Assembly: GCF_964204645.1 (NCBI RefSeq)
Contig: NC_134027.1
Location: 19,182,560 to 19,246,559, forward strand
Length of the DNA: 64,000 nucleotides
Reading direction: 5' to 3'
Source of the DNA: Tubulanus polymorphus
Taxonomy: Eukaryota; Animalia; Nemertea
Shown: in pieces, positions 39,732 through 54,458 of the stretch
Layout: each line of letters begins with the position of its first letter
How positions within the stretch are numbered: the first letter of the stretch is position 1
Translations under genes and position numbers: made by a program
The notes under the pieces: generated by a model
What the model saw: only the letters and a program-made list of their open reading frames with translations
The model's database searches: none
What the model was told of the DNA's origin: nothing

Positions 39732-41551
39732 TATAAAACACCAGTAATGTCTTCTCAAGAGTATTACCAATATCATACTGTTATTCATTGATTTTGTAAA
39801 AATTCTCCATGAAAGTAAGACATCGTATCCCTGGTTAGATACCCTCATTTGAATATGGTCATCGTTACGTATATATGAGTTGAAAGAATAAAGGACATAT
39901 CTCCATTACAACAATAGCTCATACGGTTCTGACAGCATTACCGCAAATAGACCTGCATCTTGAGCCTTGCTATGAGAGTCGTTCCGTGTGATGAGATCTG
40001 AGATGCATTCACTGAAGAATACTAAATAGTCCAGCTGACCATTGACGCAAAACTTCAATAATGTTCGCAGCTGTAATCTCTCTCTCTCTACATGGCCAAT
40101 CTCATGCTGTAACTTGTTCGCTATTCGAACTTGAACTAATCAACAGTCTGTATTTTGGCCACCATAATTAATTGAACCGTATTTTTATTGAATGAATGAA
40201 TTTATTGTTCAAATAAGAGATAAGGCAAGGTAAATATTTTTTTGCTTTTAGCCCAAAAAGGTCAATACATATGATATTACAGCATATAGTTTTTTTTTAT
40301 ATAAAAGTTTTTGTCAATTTATGACACAGCAATTTACAATATTGAATGCGCTTGAAATTTAGGTTTAAGTACTGTGCGGTTGGCGTATAGGCCTAACAGA
40401 TTAGAGAAAAATATTACTGATGAGAATGTTGTAACGTTGGCTCTCATATCCGGGGTTTTTTGTAGTCATTAGTTTTCGATTAATTCCATTCGGATGACGA
40501 TATATCTCCTCAGGAATTGTTGTTTAGTGAGCTGTTGCTGGTGCTGCGGCAAGAAGTGGACAGGGCAGTAGATAGAACTTTATAGAAGAGATCTTTTCAG
40601 GAGTTTATCGAATGTCCTGCTCGTCCTAATACCTTGCCACCCATAAGCCACTGACGAACTGGGGTATTAGAATTTCTTTGAATTAATCAATAACTCAATT
40701 GCTGAATTTAGAAAAATATTTTGCTGAATCATTGATTTTTTTATAAAATACGCGGAATCCATAAGAAATTTACATATTCAACAGAAATCTTCTGCGGTGG
40801 GCTAAAATTTTTGATCGAATTTAGCTATAAGAAATTTTTTTGTATGGTGTTATTCAGATTCAGTTATTCAGAATTTCAGATGGACTACGGTAAGGATCTT
40901 TGGCGATCATCGCAGGTACTGAGGGTCATGGAGTCACTTAAAAAATTAAGTCACTTCTGAAAGGAATTTACCAAACTATGTATCAGTAACCATGCCAGTC
41001 TCTGTGGAAGAGATTCGTCGTATATATCACCATCGGTGCCTGCATCCATATTCAAATTCAAGTATTGTTAACATTGATATTGCTCTCAATGTATTAACTG
41101 CCAACAAATATGGTGCCACTGATATAATAGTAGGGCCTATATTACGATGATTTAACTAAATGAGTGAAATAGGAAAAAAACTTATCATCTGCGATTTAGT
41201 TAATTTAGTGGTTCATCGATGCAGTGAAGCTCGAACACTGGTCGTACTAGGCCCTGATTGAACCCTCACGACCGTGAGCAGGCAACGAAATCACAGCTAT
41301 CAAACAGGGCTGTGCAGTCTGAACAACGGACCTAAATCCACTAGAATCCAGCTACTTTGAAACCGGATCCAGCGCATGAGCTGATCATAAATTCTATGAT
41401 GCTTACTAATGGATTGCGCCCATTACATTAGCATGTATTCAGAAATTATATCGCAATGCATTAATACGCGATATTATTATTGATAGATATTCAACCAGAT
41501 GTTTTCATCGTAAATTTCAAGGCTGCCTATAAGCAGTTCTCACTTGGTGAC

Positions 41552-42193
41552 CTAGACGTATCGGCCCCACTCCGTGAGGTTGCGCCACCGCGCGGGATTT
41601 ACGCGAAGCAGCAAACACAAACATGGCCACTCTCTCAATTTTCAATGATAGAAATCGTGTGTGCATTTGAATTATTTCGGCTGTTAAGGTTTTAAGGCAC
41701 AATATAAGTTGATGATGTGATATGGCGATGTTAATTAATGATAATTCCGCAGTGAAGCTAGTCACGAACGGTGTACAGCTGCCAAAAACACTGAAATGTG
41801 CGTAGTTGCGTAACTATTTGCAGTGAATTGCAGATGAAACATGAAGCCTTAACGGCCGTTTAAAAAAAAATTATACCAATCGCAATTGTAAAATAAAAAT
41901 GAGATAGAACCTAAGTTAAAATTCTGGCCATTTCTAAAATGTTATTACTAATTTTTAGTCAGTGCCGAACGTTTAGTTTTCCAACCATAATGAGGGGTGG
42001 TAGGTAGTCATGCAATTCAAGTCATCATTTATTACACGTTACTTCCGTGTTGTTGAAAATCTTGCGAGTCCTGGACCAAACCCCATTGAACAATGTGATC
42101 TGTGTGCTGGCCACAAATGCACACAGATCACACTACACTACCCATTACACACTCCAGTACCCACAGCTTTCATGTATCCATCCAAATATTTAG
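41552..42193 (-). mobile_element. Non-autonomous Helitron-like element (uninterrupted copy)
   Basis: Paralog of 14338-15336 without the MITE; hairpin plus CTAG at the minus-strand 3' end. Confidence 0.7.
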
Positions 42194-43237
42194 AGTGTCT
42201 TTCTTCCTGGATTTTAGAAACATGGTGAAATCAATATGCCTACACATTGAAAAAAGTAATAATGATTTTCATTTTCGGATGCAAAAAACTGCTTAAGTTT
42301 ATGAACTGTAGAATGTTCCTGGTATTGAGCCAGCCCTCTTGTTTGGCTTAATAGGTACTATAGCCGCGGTCACACAAACATTTTTAAACGTGGTCAAAAT
42401 TTGCCCTGCCAGATTACGCTCAGGCTTACCATTCACATCACTGCTACGTAAATAGGTCAGTGCCTGTTCGTGAAGGGCCAAATTTGGTCTTACCATAAAT
42501 GCCATTTTAGTCCTCATTCTAGCAGTGGTCAAATTATTTGCTAAGAATGGTAATTAGTTCTGGAAGTGACTCACCTCGCTTACCAAAGCAACGTTTTAAT
42601 TTGGGCATGGGTTTGATTTGACTCACGTCTGGTGTGGGCCAGTTTGATCCGGGCCAAATCATCTCCATGTGATCAAGGCTTTATCTATTCTTACTTTATC
42701 GATCGGTATTCTTGCCTTAATTCTGGCCACATCTAGTCCTTCATGAACGTTGCGCAGTCGATTGCGTCAAATTCTATAACTCCAAATTCATATTCCCTCC
42801 ATGCAGTCTTAATTAGAATATGGTAATTAGTTAGAATTCAAATCTCGCAGCTAATCAATCATCAATTGATTGACAACGGCAGATATAAACTGTAAATTGG
42901 CTGTATATCAATCTTTTGATAAAAATACAAAACTTTTTTATATAAGTTGCCAGGATTTCCAATTATGTTCTAGTAGACTTGACATCTCACGGTTTTGTAG
43001 ACTCGGGATAGTTATCTTTTGCAGAAAAGCGTTGAATATGAAAAATTGTGGCTTTGGGCTAGGTTCTAGTCCAATAGTTTAGTTTAGAATGGAAACTCAT
43101 TTAACTGTTAGGAGTCAGTCAAACTTGAACAAGAACTGTTTAACTGAATCATTATGAAAAATGAGCTGAAACTGGTCTAAGGAAGATTCCAATGCAGGGA
43201 CTGAAACAAAACTCTACTATGGTTTTGAACTCGCATG

Positions 43238-43445
43238 ACGTAGTGACCGAGCGGTTTAAGCGGTCATTGGTCATTGGTCTCGTCTATCCAGGTTTATGGG
43301 TTCGAATCCTGGTGATGATGGAGTTTCTTGGTTGAAGTTTCTTGTTTGGTCTTCTCAATTGGGAAAAAAGATACATTGAACATGCTATTAATGCCTCGCT
43401 AGCGCTCAGTGGGTTGAGGATATTAGAAAATAAAAGAAATAAATT
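43238..43445 (+). mobile_element. tRNA-derived SINE
   Basis: A-box-like TAGTGACCGAGCGG, B-box GGTTCGAATCC and an A-rich tail; no cloverleaf evident. Confidence 0.6.
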
Positions 43446-44317
43446 GAACTCGCGCGCGCATACGGCCGAACAAAAAGGTAATGAAATACGCTGATTTTGA
43501 TAACCTGTTGATTTTTAATGCCATATTCAACTTAAGGCAATATGTACACATGAAAATCTTTTACTCACTTCTCAAGGATTGTACTTTGTGATTGTGAATT
43601 GCCTCAGCCCAATCAATTTTGCTTTAGGGTAATTATCGACTAATTGCAAAGCGCTTTCGTATTGGTGATGTTCAAACGGCGCGTTGATTTACAATGGCAG
43701 GGTTTATGCTGTGACAGTCTTGAGGAGTAATGTGGCAGATTCTTGCTGATACCATACTGGTTGGAAATACAGTAGCTAGAGTTTCTTGCGATACCTGTTT
43801 GAATTTGTATCAGCAAGGAACATAGCATAGTCATGCAATGCCATTGGGGTGAAATCGTTGAAGTTCTGGACTATGAAATCCCTGTGGTTTGCACGTGTAT
43901 TTCGCTAGTCCTTATGAAGAAGGGTGGCTGTCTTACAGTGGAATAGTGCACATTACACTTAACAAAAATTATACCTTGTTTCTCCACAGCGGCCGGTAAT
44001 TTTTGTAAAATATAATAAAAATTGTAATCAGTTCATTTTTGTAGCTGCGGGGTGTTATGGTAAAATTGATCACGATTTAAAAATAAATAATGTACAGGGT
44101 AGATAGGTGGCCGGCCGGGTCACCTTTAAAAGCTCAGCAAAGTGGAGAAACAAGGTATCAATTTTTCTAGCCTTACATTAATATATAGATCAGGATTGTT
44201 GGTATAATTATGCGTACAGAGGTCCTAAATGCATATTGCAATAAATATTATGAGCCATTAACCATACATAGTATGTTATGCGTATACACAGCCGAGTCTG
44301 ATGGGATTTATGGTGTG

Positions 44318-44348
<31 letters not shown>

Positions 44349-44541
44349 GTATATATATCGTGAATGTGTGACAACTGTGCATATGTATGCTACTGAGGCT
44401 GATTTCATGTGTGTAGATTGTTTGTAGAATAAGATTAACGTTCCACTGATGCAGTCTTGTGGGTAGGAGGTCCCGCAGGACTGGCCAAGTATGACTGGGA
44501 GTATAATAGGCTTTCATAAGCCACGATGGCGCTGAGTCAAT

Positions 44542-46586
44542 AGCTGTGATCAAACGGAGACAATTTGGCCCTGGCCAAATAAAGAAGTTTCCAGTTTCTA
44601 GGCGCCATTTTGTGGCGGTCCCTTGAGGTCCCCATTGTTGCGATAATTTGCGCTCATTTTCAAAACATAAGTTTCGATTAAATATCACATAGTTCTGCAG
44701 TCCCTTGCTCGATTAACTTAATTTATACACCATTTTAAAGGAAATGAAATGCAGATATTTGTTGGTAATTCTTGGATTTTTTGAACGCAACAATTGAGAA
44801 CAGTAACGCTATGAAACCAAGGACCGCATATCTTAACCGCGCGTAAATGAAATCGCGATATTCATTAATTTTGAAATATCTAAGTATATCTTGAAGCTAT
44901 ATTTCCGATTTTCACAGAGGTTAAAGAGGGTTATTTGCAGTTTAGGCCTGCTTTAGAATTTTTTGAATATCTTTCCTGAGGACTGATCTGTACCCGCTTG
45001 AGTTTGAGATTACGCGCAAAAGGGGTCTCCCACTGCGCACCGCCATTTCACCGAACATTGAGATTTACGAAAAGAAATCGCAAAAATAAGATTTTATACT
45101 GGTTTGATATCATTAATATTGCTTCTTCTGGTTATATATTACCTTTTTTTTCGTATGTTTAAAAATCGACTTTGAGTGCTTTGAGGAATTTGAGTTTTGT
45201 AGCGATGGGAAATTGAAGAATTTCTTGTAAGAGTGGGGACGTTCTGTGTTGGTTGCATAGGTGGCCTAGTTGAGAGCCTAATTTGCTTTTCAACAGAATG
45301 TTCCACTCATGGATGGACACTAGAACAAAATCTAAGTTTTTATATATTTTTGAATATGCGGCACAGCTTTAAGTAGCCCAACTGGACGTTGAGCCCCTAA
45401 AACAGAATATCAAATGGGGGACAGGATCATTTTTAAATATAATATTGATATTTTATATCAGTCAGGTTATCTGGTCGATGTTTTCCAGCAAAAAGGTTGA
45501 GATTCAGTAAATTCATTGTATGATCCCATGGATGAGGGATTACCGGAGAGAGATATGTGTTGAAATATGTCCTAAGCGTTTAAATTGACTGGCACATTTC
45601 ACCATGGACTCTAAAACGTTTTGGGCCCATGATTTCACCGAACACAAAATCGGCGCTAGGCTGGACGGGCTGCATGGCGACAATTCCCCAACTGGGCCGT
45701 TCAAACTTCAAAGCGGGACAAACCAGATCCCGAATCCAGCTAAACTAATTGCCCCCGCCAAAATACAGTACAAACAAGATACGGATTATAATCTCAAAAT
45801 ATCCCCATGGAAAAAGTGAAGAAATCAAATTGCATTTAAAGATTTCTTTTCACAAATCTCAGTGTTCAGTGAAATGGCGGTGCGCAGTGGGAGACCCCTT
45901 TTGCGCGTAATCTCAAACTCAAGCGGGTACAGATCAGTCGTCAGGAAAGATATTCAAAAAAATTCAACGCAGGCTTAAACTGCAAATAACCCTCTTTAAC
46001 CTTTGTGAAAATTGGAAATATAGCTTCAAGATATACTTAGATATTTCAAAATCAATAAATATTGCGATTTCTTTTACGCGCGGTTAAGATATGCGGTCCT
46101 TGGTTTCACATCGTCACTGTTCTCAATTGTTGCATTCAAAAATTCCAAGAATCGCCAACAAATATCTGCATTTCATTTCCTTTAAAATGGTGTATAAATT
46201 TAGTTCATCGAGAAAGGGACTGCAGAACTATGTGATATTCAATCTAAACTTATGTTTTAAAAATGAGCACAAATTATCGCAACAATGGGGACCTTGAGGG
46301 ACCGCCACAAAATGGCGCCTAGAAACTGGAAACTTCTTTATTGGCACAGATCAGACTTGATCCAAATTTGGCCCACGCCTAATTAGAGAGCGAGCTGATG
46401 CGCAAATCACGCATTCACTCGATACTAAACGATGCTGAAACAAAGGGAAGTGCGTCATTTCCGGTACTTCCGGTCTCGTGCTAAGATTTGGCTCAGACGT
46501 TTTTGGTCGTGCCAAATAGGCTCGGGCACATTTGGCATCCGTGTGAATTGCTGTTCCATGCCAAAAATGCTTGTGCGATCGCGGCT
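44542..46586 (+). mobile_element. MITE family C copy split by a foldback insertion
   Basis: 44542-44580 and 46342-46586 join to match the intact copy at 54459-54766. Confidence 0.85.
44581..46339. mobile_element. Foldback-type non-autonomous DNA element, 1.76 kb, with ~500-bp TIRs
   Basis: 44581-~45080 is the reverse complement of ~45840-46339. Ends AAAGAAGTTTCCAGTTTCTAGGCGCC. The ~750-bp spacer is noncoding. Confidence 0.92.
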
Positions 46587-48749
46587 GATATTATGACACG
46601 GTTACACTGGTCTTTGTAAGTCTTTCACTCATTACTAAAATCATATCATAACGATGCTGTGGCAAGTGAGATGTGTCACTTCCTGATCCTGTTAACCATT
46701 ACCACGGAATAATTTGACCCTTACTGAAACTTAGGACTGGCCTGGTGCAACGTTTTTGTCACCGTTGCGAACAGTTAGCACATAGGCCAAAAGCGCTTAA
46801 TGATCGCAGCTTAAGTCAGAAGTTATGAAACGGGGCCTTGTTGCGTAAATGGAATAGTTGATTGTGTGCAGCGTATTTATGTTCACGACAGGCTGTGTGT
46901 GCGTGTGAGTGATATATTTGAGTTTCCATAAGACGTCCATTCAGATGTTTCTGCCGTAAATGGCATTTTGCGCACCGAAAAAATACCATCACCTTATTTT
47001 CTGCCGTTGAATAGGACGGAAACTCGCCTTTCAAGCGGCGTATTCGACTCGAGAACGACACAAGAGAACCACAGCGTCGGTCTACTACTGCGTAATATAA
47101 GCATTATTCATAACAGCGATGGTGAATTATAGAGAGACCAATACGCAGTCGGTATATAGCGGTCAGCAGTTTTAGGCAGGCTGTTCTAGGTGATTGATTA
47201 ATCCCCGGTCATATCCCGCTCCTCCCATAAAAACAAAAACGTTTTATTTAAGAAGAAAATGCCAGTAATTACAGCCTTGATGAAAGTTTCAACTCTATTA
47301 AATTATGGTTTTGCTGTTGCCAATAATTGTATACGTTAAAACGATAATGATATATATCATCGTCTGCATAAGGTATGGATATTTCAAATGCTTCTTTGCA
47401 TTTTTGAACGCTGATTTTTTTACTGCGAGCTAAATAAAAAATTTATGGTTTGTGGTCATTGAAAATGCGCTCTTTCTTCGTGCCATGGGTGTGAAGTAAA
47501 AATCTTTTGAAGCAGATTCTGAATCTGTTAGAAGGCAGAGGGTTTCTTTTTTGACACAGTAAAATCCGTTACAAAAATGTATATAGATATTGATTAGTAT
47601 TATCCATTCTCCAAACTCTACGTAGCTGAATTTTGAAAGAGGGCCTCGTTAAAATTTATATGAGCTTTTTCGCGAATATTTGATCGCAGAAATATTGGTT
47701 TTGAAAAGCCAATCAGAAAGCAAAGACTCCTCTATGATTGGCTTAGCCGCAGGAATCAGCAGGTGTTCAGGTGAACCCGCGGTATCGTCTACCATTTTAC
47801 TTCCGGGTTTTTTTTTAAGATCTAGAATTGTATTTCAAGATTGATTTCTCTGAAAGCTTTAGTTGATTTGGTTTTTGGGAGGAATATTTTTATTTGCACT
47901 ACGGAAAATATCATTGACCATTGTGCAACGTCCGGGAAAAAATAGCTTTTTCTTAAATCGGATAGATGACCTTGATATGCTTATTAGTCATGTGCTCAAA
48001 CTACAAATTCAATCAAATTTTATTCCGCAAAAAATATCAAATCCAATTCAATATTACTTAATTGAACAAATTAAAACATCAAATCCAATTCAATTTTGTT
48101 TTATTGAGCAAATTTAAAAAAATTAATTCTATTCCGCATTAAAATCAATAAGACCGAGGGAAAAGATTTATTTGAGGTATTTGTTCCTGCCAGATCCAGT
48201 CGCTGTCTGTGCTACTTTTGTATTCTACGATTGTATTGTGTAAATTATTAGATATTGACTCTTGAGCTGGGAGTGTATTTTGACAAATTTAACCCACAAA
48301 ATGCATCATCATTTGCCATTTTATGAAAAGCTGACAGGCTGGCCATAGTGCCCCTTTGGGCTCTTGTTTCGAAAGGATTTATCAATTTCAGTTGTATTTG
48401 CATGCAAGATGGCTGCCTGGTGGCCAAATTGATTCTCAAAATAAATAAAGCAATACTCACAGTATGAACGTGGCTAATGAGTATTAAGATATGAAATATA
48501 ATATATGTGGTTGCAGTGTATATGTGGTTGCAGTATTTCTAGCCAATTCATGTATGGTTATTACTAATGGTTTTCTTGCATAGTTTACAAATACACATAT
48601 GGATATCTACATACTCTACATACTTATAATGAGCGTGGTAAGGTGAAACATGCACAATACATGTATGGTAATAAAAACAAGGGAGGCAATAGAGATTTCT
48701 GAGCAGCCGAAGAAAATCCTAAGATGCCATGCCAGTTTAACCATGTCTA

Positions 48750-49012
48750 CACTAGCTCGATCTGTAGTGTGAACGCAGATTCGGCGCTTAGCTAGCCACG
48801 TTTTTACATCTTCGTAGTACAATACACTCAACACTAATTATACTCCCCTCTATCGGCACTCTGGGTGACTACTATACTGGGCTTACTAAGTGCCGAATTG
48901 CCGACTCTATGTGTGAACGTAACTGGCTGTGTAAGCGCCGTATTTTGGTGAATTTGGCACCAGCGAAGAAGTACGGTACTTCATAAGCTCCGAATCTAGC
49001 GTGAACGCTGCT
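48750..49012 (+). mobile_element. Truncated copy of the MITE at 52978-53401
   Basis: TGTAGTGTGAACGCAGATTCGGCGCTTAGCTAGCC is shared with 53157-53190 and the sequence is colinear to the end. Confidence 0.8.
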
Positions 49013-49384
49013 AGTTACAGGAGAGTTCATCATGTGTTGTCATTCGAGTAACTTCTCTATTCATACGAGTTGTATCAACGACTTGGGCAATTAGCGCTTA
49101 TTCACTGTCACTTCTTCTGCTGCTATCTAACCTGTCTGATTTGATTTCCCGCAGATTTATAAATGAATTACTGTCAGTTGATTTCATTCATCCTATTCAA
49201 ACACACACAATTGCAGCGTTTTTGTTCTCATGAAAAAGAAACTGCCATCTGGTCAGTAGATATATTATCCCAATCCAGTCGTCCAGATTGGAGCATGTAG
49301 TGGATTTGACATGACGCTCTATGCGATTCCCCTTCATGATTCGGGTTTCTTTTTTTCCGACGTCAGAGAAGAACCATTGTTGGC

Positions 49385-49484
49385 TTGCGAACTCTACCGC
49401 CACCATATTCGAACCCATGATGCCTAGATTAATGAGACACAATTGGGAGAAGACCAATGGCTCAAACCACTCGGTCGCCGTGGC
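49385..49484 (-). mobile_element. tRNA-derived SINE head
   Basis: Minus strand GGCGACCGAGTGGTTTGAGCCATTGGTCT...ATGGGTTCGAAT, similar to the 43238 copy. Confidence 0.55.
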
Positions 49485-49619
49485 TCTGTTTATTGCATCC
49501 ATGACAGGTTTACGAAGCAATCACATTTGCTTTCATCGCGCTAAGAAAATGCAATTGATAAAAACAGTTGATATACCGCTGAAAAACAACAGGTCCAATC
49601 ATTTGTAACATTAGTGCCA

Positions 49620-50260
49620 AATGCATCTATGTCTCTAATTGCATCTATTTCATCTTTCCATAACGATGAAACTTTGTACCAATAATCTGTGGACCAAAGC
49701 CTAAGAGTTGCTTTTGGAATTGATCTCTTAAGGAGTGTCCAACAGTGTGTGGGGCCTAAATCTCTATTAATTGCTATTAGTCCTTCAGATTTTATTAAAT
49801 CAGGATGAAACTTTGTCCCATTGATATAGGGGTCAATACCTAAAACAATATGGAGGCGCTTTCTATCAGATCACGACTTAATTTTCTGTCATGCCTATGT
49901 GATATGGTTCATGGGCCTCAGGAATATGGAGCCATTTTTTTTTACCCTATGGGGTGTCCTTGGAGTGGGGTCTATGTTACTATGAATCATTACTCATACT
50001 ACAGTTTTTATTGGATCTCTTCTGAATTTTATATTAATGTTCAATGGATGAAACTAAAACGCTCTAGACCCCTTGTTTAGGGATTTGACCCCCAGGGGTG
50101 CCCTTCTGGGTTGTGCCCATCTCTAATCTTCTTCTGGATACCTTAACCAATCCCTTGGGGGGTACCCTTATCGATAGGGGGCCATTAGATAAATGAAGAA
50201 TGATAAAGTTAATAAAACACAGCCGAGCTGTATCAAGCCGACAGTTAGACTGCTTGTTTA
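49620..50260. mobile_element. Helentron-associated-like element with degenerate tandem core repeats
   Basis: GATGAAACT recurs at ~49665, 49804 and 50047 in similar contexts. There is a terminal stem-loop then CTTGTT. Confidence 0.4.
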
Positions 50261-52977
50261 TAATATGCAACCTCAAAGGAATACAAATCTTTTTAGATGA
50301 GAAAATTGTAAACAGAAAAAAATCTTGAACTGAAATGAGAATTACATAATTTTTCATTGTCAAAAGAGAGTCTTTACATCGCTAGTTTTTGCACATGGAG
50401 CGATTGATGAGGTAATAGCCACGATCACACAGTGATCGGGCCAATCATGCGCATAGGGGTCTTATGATTTTGCAAAATGAAACAAGTTTTGCTGTATTGC
50501 AGAGACTTTGTTTTGACTGTTTCGTACGCTATGCGCATTATTATAAAACTGACAACTACTCGGATTACTGTGGCAGTTCTAAGGGCCGATGACGGTTCGG
50601 AAAATATAAGGAAAACACGGATCGAAAGATATTCAGAGTCGGCGAAAAGAGATTTGTCGATGGAAGGAATTCAGATAATTCTTACTGCGTCGCGGTTTCC
50701 ATCGAGAGCCAATCCGCGGTAGCTATACTGTGTATAAAATTGCCGCTCTTAATTGGATACAAATTCTTTAAAGACGTTGACTGAATTCATCGCCTCTCTC
50801 TCACTCGTCGAGAAAGAGGAAGAGCGAGAGAAAGAGAAAGAGCTGGAGAGAGAAAGTGATTTCACACATCGAATAATTCTCGTTAAATTAGAAATTTGCC
50901 AATAAATTGGTAAAGAATAGATTGGGTTAATCTACGTCAATTTTATCGCCGATTGCTTTCATCGATTCAATCTCAATGTTGACTGGTTCCCCATTAACAG
51001 CACGACTGGTTCCTTTTGCTGGTTTTATTTCTATTATCGGTGTTGGTTTTGTCAATTGAGTTTAGATCAGTTTTCACATGAAAATCTCTTTTTTTATTGT
51101 TCCCTGTAAACGACAGGTGCCTTACGTGTAGAAATTTTAAGATGCAGTTTGATATTCTAGCCACATATATTTTGTCTGGCTACGGGCCTGACAGCGTATA
51201 CAGGGATATGGGAGATAATAAGATTTAGTATATATGGGATTTGGAAAAAAATAGAAGTGGATTTCTGAAAATATATGATTAATAAATGAGATTGGCCTGG
51301 AGAATGTAGGCGTTATATAAGCCTTCATAATTCAAATTTTCAAATTTTTCAAATTCACATCTTTGAAAGCTTCAACCTTCGTTGAACAAATTAATCACGT
51401 AACTGTGAAAGCCTGATATTTACATAGTGTTCAATCAATTATCGATATTTAGTAAGGATTATCAAAAGGTTTTACGGATTATTTTATGATAGGGCTACCC
51501 CGTGTTCAGTGGGAGAATTGGCTCCTTTCAGAATTAATGAAACAACAATTATTTCCATCAGCAACGGATCCAGCATGTGCACCACCTCACAATCTCTTGA
51601 TTTTTGGTTTCCCTTGGTAGAAGCGTGAAATCGCTATTCAATTTACGAGTTGAAAAAGTAATGCTCTCAAACCATGCCCAAGATGCGTCTCAGGTGCATC
51701 TTATTAAAAAGAAATTTGGGGACAACTCCTAGACCCAACACTTCGCTTTGTGCACCCCTACGTTACCCCTGAGTTACTCTGGTTGCTATAGCGCGTATCT
51801 AAACCCGTCCCGTGGATGGGTATATATACGTACAGTGCCGTAGAAGTATTTGACAATGTTACGGTCGAATCTAACCTTACACTTTTTCAGTCTCGTAAAC
51901 TCGATTGTGGTTTATTGAAATATGTGGAAGTGGTACAAATGGCGGGTATTCACGTAATGCTTGTTCATTTCTGCCCCCGGGGTTCAGTTGCTTACATGGA
52001 GCTTTAGATGTTTAGTACACCTAATTCTGTCGGATCTTAATTGTTCATTTTGGTTAAAGGCTGAAGCTTAGCCTCAGCCTCAGGTTTTTTAGAGTTCTGT
52101 TGAGTTGTAGAGCCATGCGCTGTTTTCTAAGAATTGAGCGATTATTGTCAACTATGTTTCTGACAGCAAATTAATCTCAGCTGATCATCGCCCATAAGCA
52201 ACAACCGCCAGATCGAACATCATAATCCTATAGATGCTTCATTTTGCTGATTGTAAGATATTCCGGGACCAGGTTTTATGTACTCGAGGCCATCATCATG
52301 TAGTTTTTATGAATTATGCACTATGATGAAACATGAGCACGTGTATTCTGTGACAAAACGATATACATCTATAATTTCTTTTATGTAATATATAATGATT
52401 TCTTTGAATTGTTGTTCCTCTTAGTCAAATGAACGATTTGATATTATGCTCATTTGGTGCATCCCTTACAAATCCTGCATATCTGCCAGTAATGAAATGC
52501 GGGTTTTGATTTTGATATTGATAATCAAAAGATGGATATACACACATGTAGTTTGATGGTCACTCGAATCTACATCATTTTTGTTTAAATTGAGAAGTAA
52601 TGGGAAATTTCAGTGCGGGTTTGTGTTGTAGACAATCATCCACCCAGCATTATTGATAAATAGGTCAGGCACAGGTGGGGCCTTTTGTCCATCTAGATAA
52701 TTTGCTTGATTATGATCACAACTTTTGGGATGAACTTGGGAATCGTATTAATGAGGTAGGAACTCGTGACGGAATATTGGTTATGTAAATAGAAGAAATT
52801 CATCCTCCACACGATTATGGTCAATTTGCCATATTTGCTATTGTCTACTAGCTGTAAACATGTACGTATGTCCATGCTGTAAAGAGCCTCCCTGGTTATA
52901 TGGACTGTCTCTGCAGAAGCTGCTGGTGGCATCATATTTTGCTTGCCTGTCTGTGCTGAAAGCTTGCCATTTACATA

Positions 52978-53401
52978 AGCTGCGTTCACACTTGGATTTC
53001 AGTACGGTACTAAGTGTTCACACTAGGAAATTATTCGAGGCCTATTCGCGGCTTATTCAGTTCCGTACTGAAATAAGTGGCTTGTTAAGTGCGGAATGCG
53101 ATTCCGCGCCGAAAAACCCAATCTCAGTATGGGACTGAGCTGGCTGCGTATTTTCTGTAGTGTGAACGCAGATTCGGCGCTTAGCTAGCCGCATATTCAC
53201 ATTCTCGTAGTACAAAACACTTAGTACTAATTACACTACCCTCTATTGGCACACTGGGTGACTACTATACTGGGCTAACTGAGTGCTGAATCTCGACTCG
53301 TAGTGTGAACGTAAATGGCTTCATAAGAGCCGTATTTTGGTGAACGCGGCACCAGCGAAGTACGGTACTTCGTAAGCGCCGAATCTAGTGTGGACGCGGC
53401 T
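52978..53401 (+). mobile_element. MITE with GTGTGAACG internal repeats
   Basis: TIRs AGCTGCGTTCACACT / AGTGTGGACGCGGCT, with ATA on both sides. Confidence 0.8.
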
Positions 53402-53664
53402 ATACAAACTTCGAGGGTCTGTCATAGGCATAGACCATTGTGATGAAAGTACATGGCTAGAAGTAAGAATTTGGCTGTAAGTGAAATTGTCCAATTTAGA
53501 ATGGCTCAAACCAGACACAAATAGATGGTCCAATTGAAACAGGCCAAATTTAGACCATTCTAAAATATTTTAAATAAAGTAGTGTGAACCCGGCTATAGA
53601 TATGTACAATGTTAATGTGCCCGCATAGAATGCGTTTTGCGGTATGCATATAGCGCAAAATATA

Positions 53665-53981
53665 AGGCGCGTTCACTCAATGAAATTTAGACCGGTCTAA
53701 ATTTCGTCTGGTCCAATTAAGACCTCCGTTAAGCGTTCACACGGGCAAAAATACCGTTCTAAATTAGATCGGTCTAGTTTAGACTGACAGAGGATCGAAT
53801 TTGGCAAATGAAGAATGTCTTGCTGTGCTTGGAATCTGGAAGCAAGACTTCAGCCGATTTTATCAACACATGTCAAAATGCCGTGTGAACATTTACCAAA
53901 ATTTGGTCTGGTCTATATTTAGACTGGACCAGGTATGGACCGACTTAGACCCGTCTAACTAGTTGTCGAGTGAACACGGCT
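53665..53981. mobile_element. Inverted, deleted copy of the 32306 MITE
   Basis: Ends AGGCGCGTTCAC / GTGAACACGGCT, with ATA on both sides. Confidence 0.8.
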
Positions 53982-54458
53982 ATAGGCCCCGCACAGGAGC
54001 CAAAAATGCACTCAGCAATGAGAGCTGAGGCAAGTGTGCATGCAACATAAAACCATATTTACTACTTGCATCTTTTGCACGCAATTTTTCATCATCCTTG
54101 TCAAATCTGTTAAATATAAAGAAACTCATCTGTTGAGGGTCTTGTTGGGGAAAATTGTATTTCTATCAATTTAAGTAACCCCATATCATACAGAAGTGAT
54201 AGTCATGGAATAAATCAACATGGATTTTCTATTCTGAAATTAATGCACGATTTGCTATCATCAGTTTTTGGGTAATGACGCATGCGCATTGATAATGAAT
54301 TCAGCGCAAAATGCGCTGAGTTGTTCGCACACGAGAGCGTACTTTACGCTGCGTTGAAAAATATCAAACATGTTAGATATTTGGCGAATGACAATATGCG
54401 CTGGAAAAATCACCCGCATGCGAGCTGAACTGTGTAGCGCACACTTTGCGTCCACATT

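Noticed and set aside
40880-40915. Candidate exon MDYGKDLWRSSQ
   Set aside because: Short, ambiguous donors and no supporting homology.
49197-49608. ORFs of 107 and 95 aa
   Set aside because: They overlap a SINE head and show no recognisable motifs.
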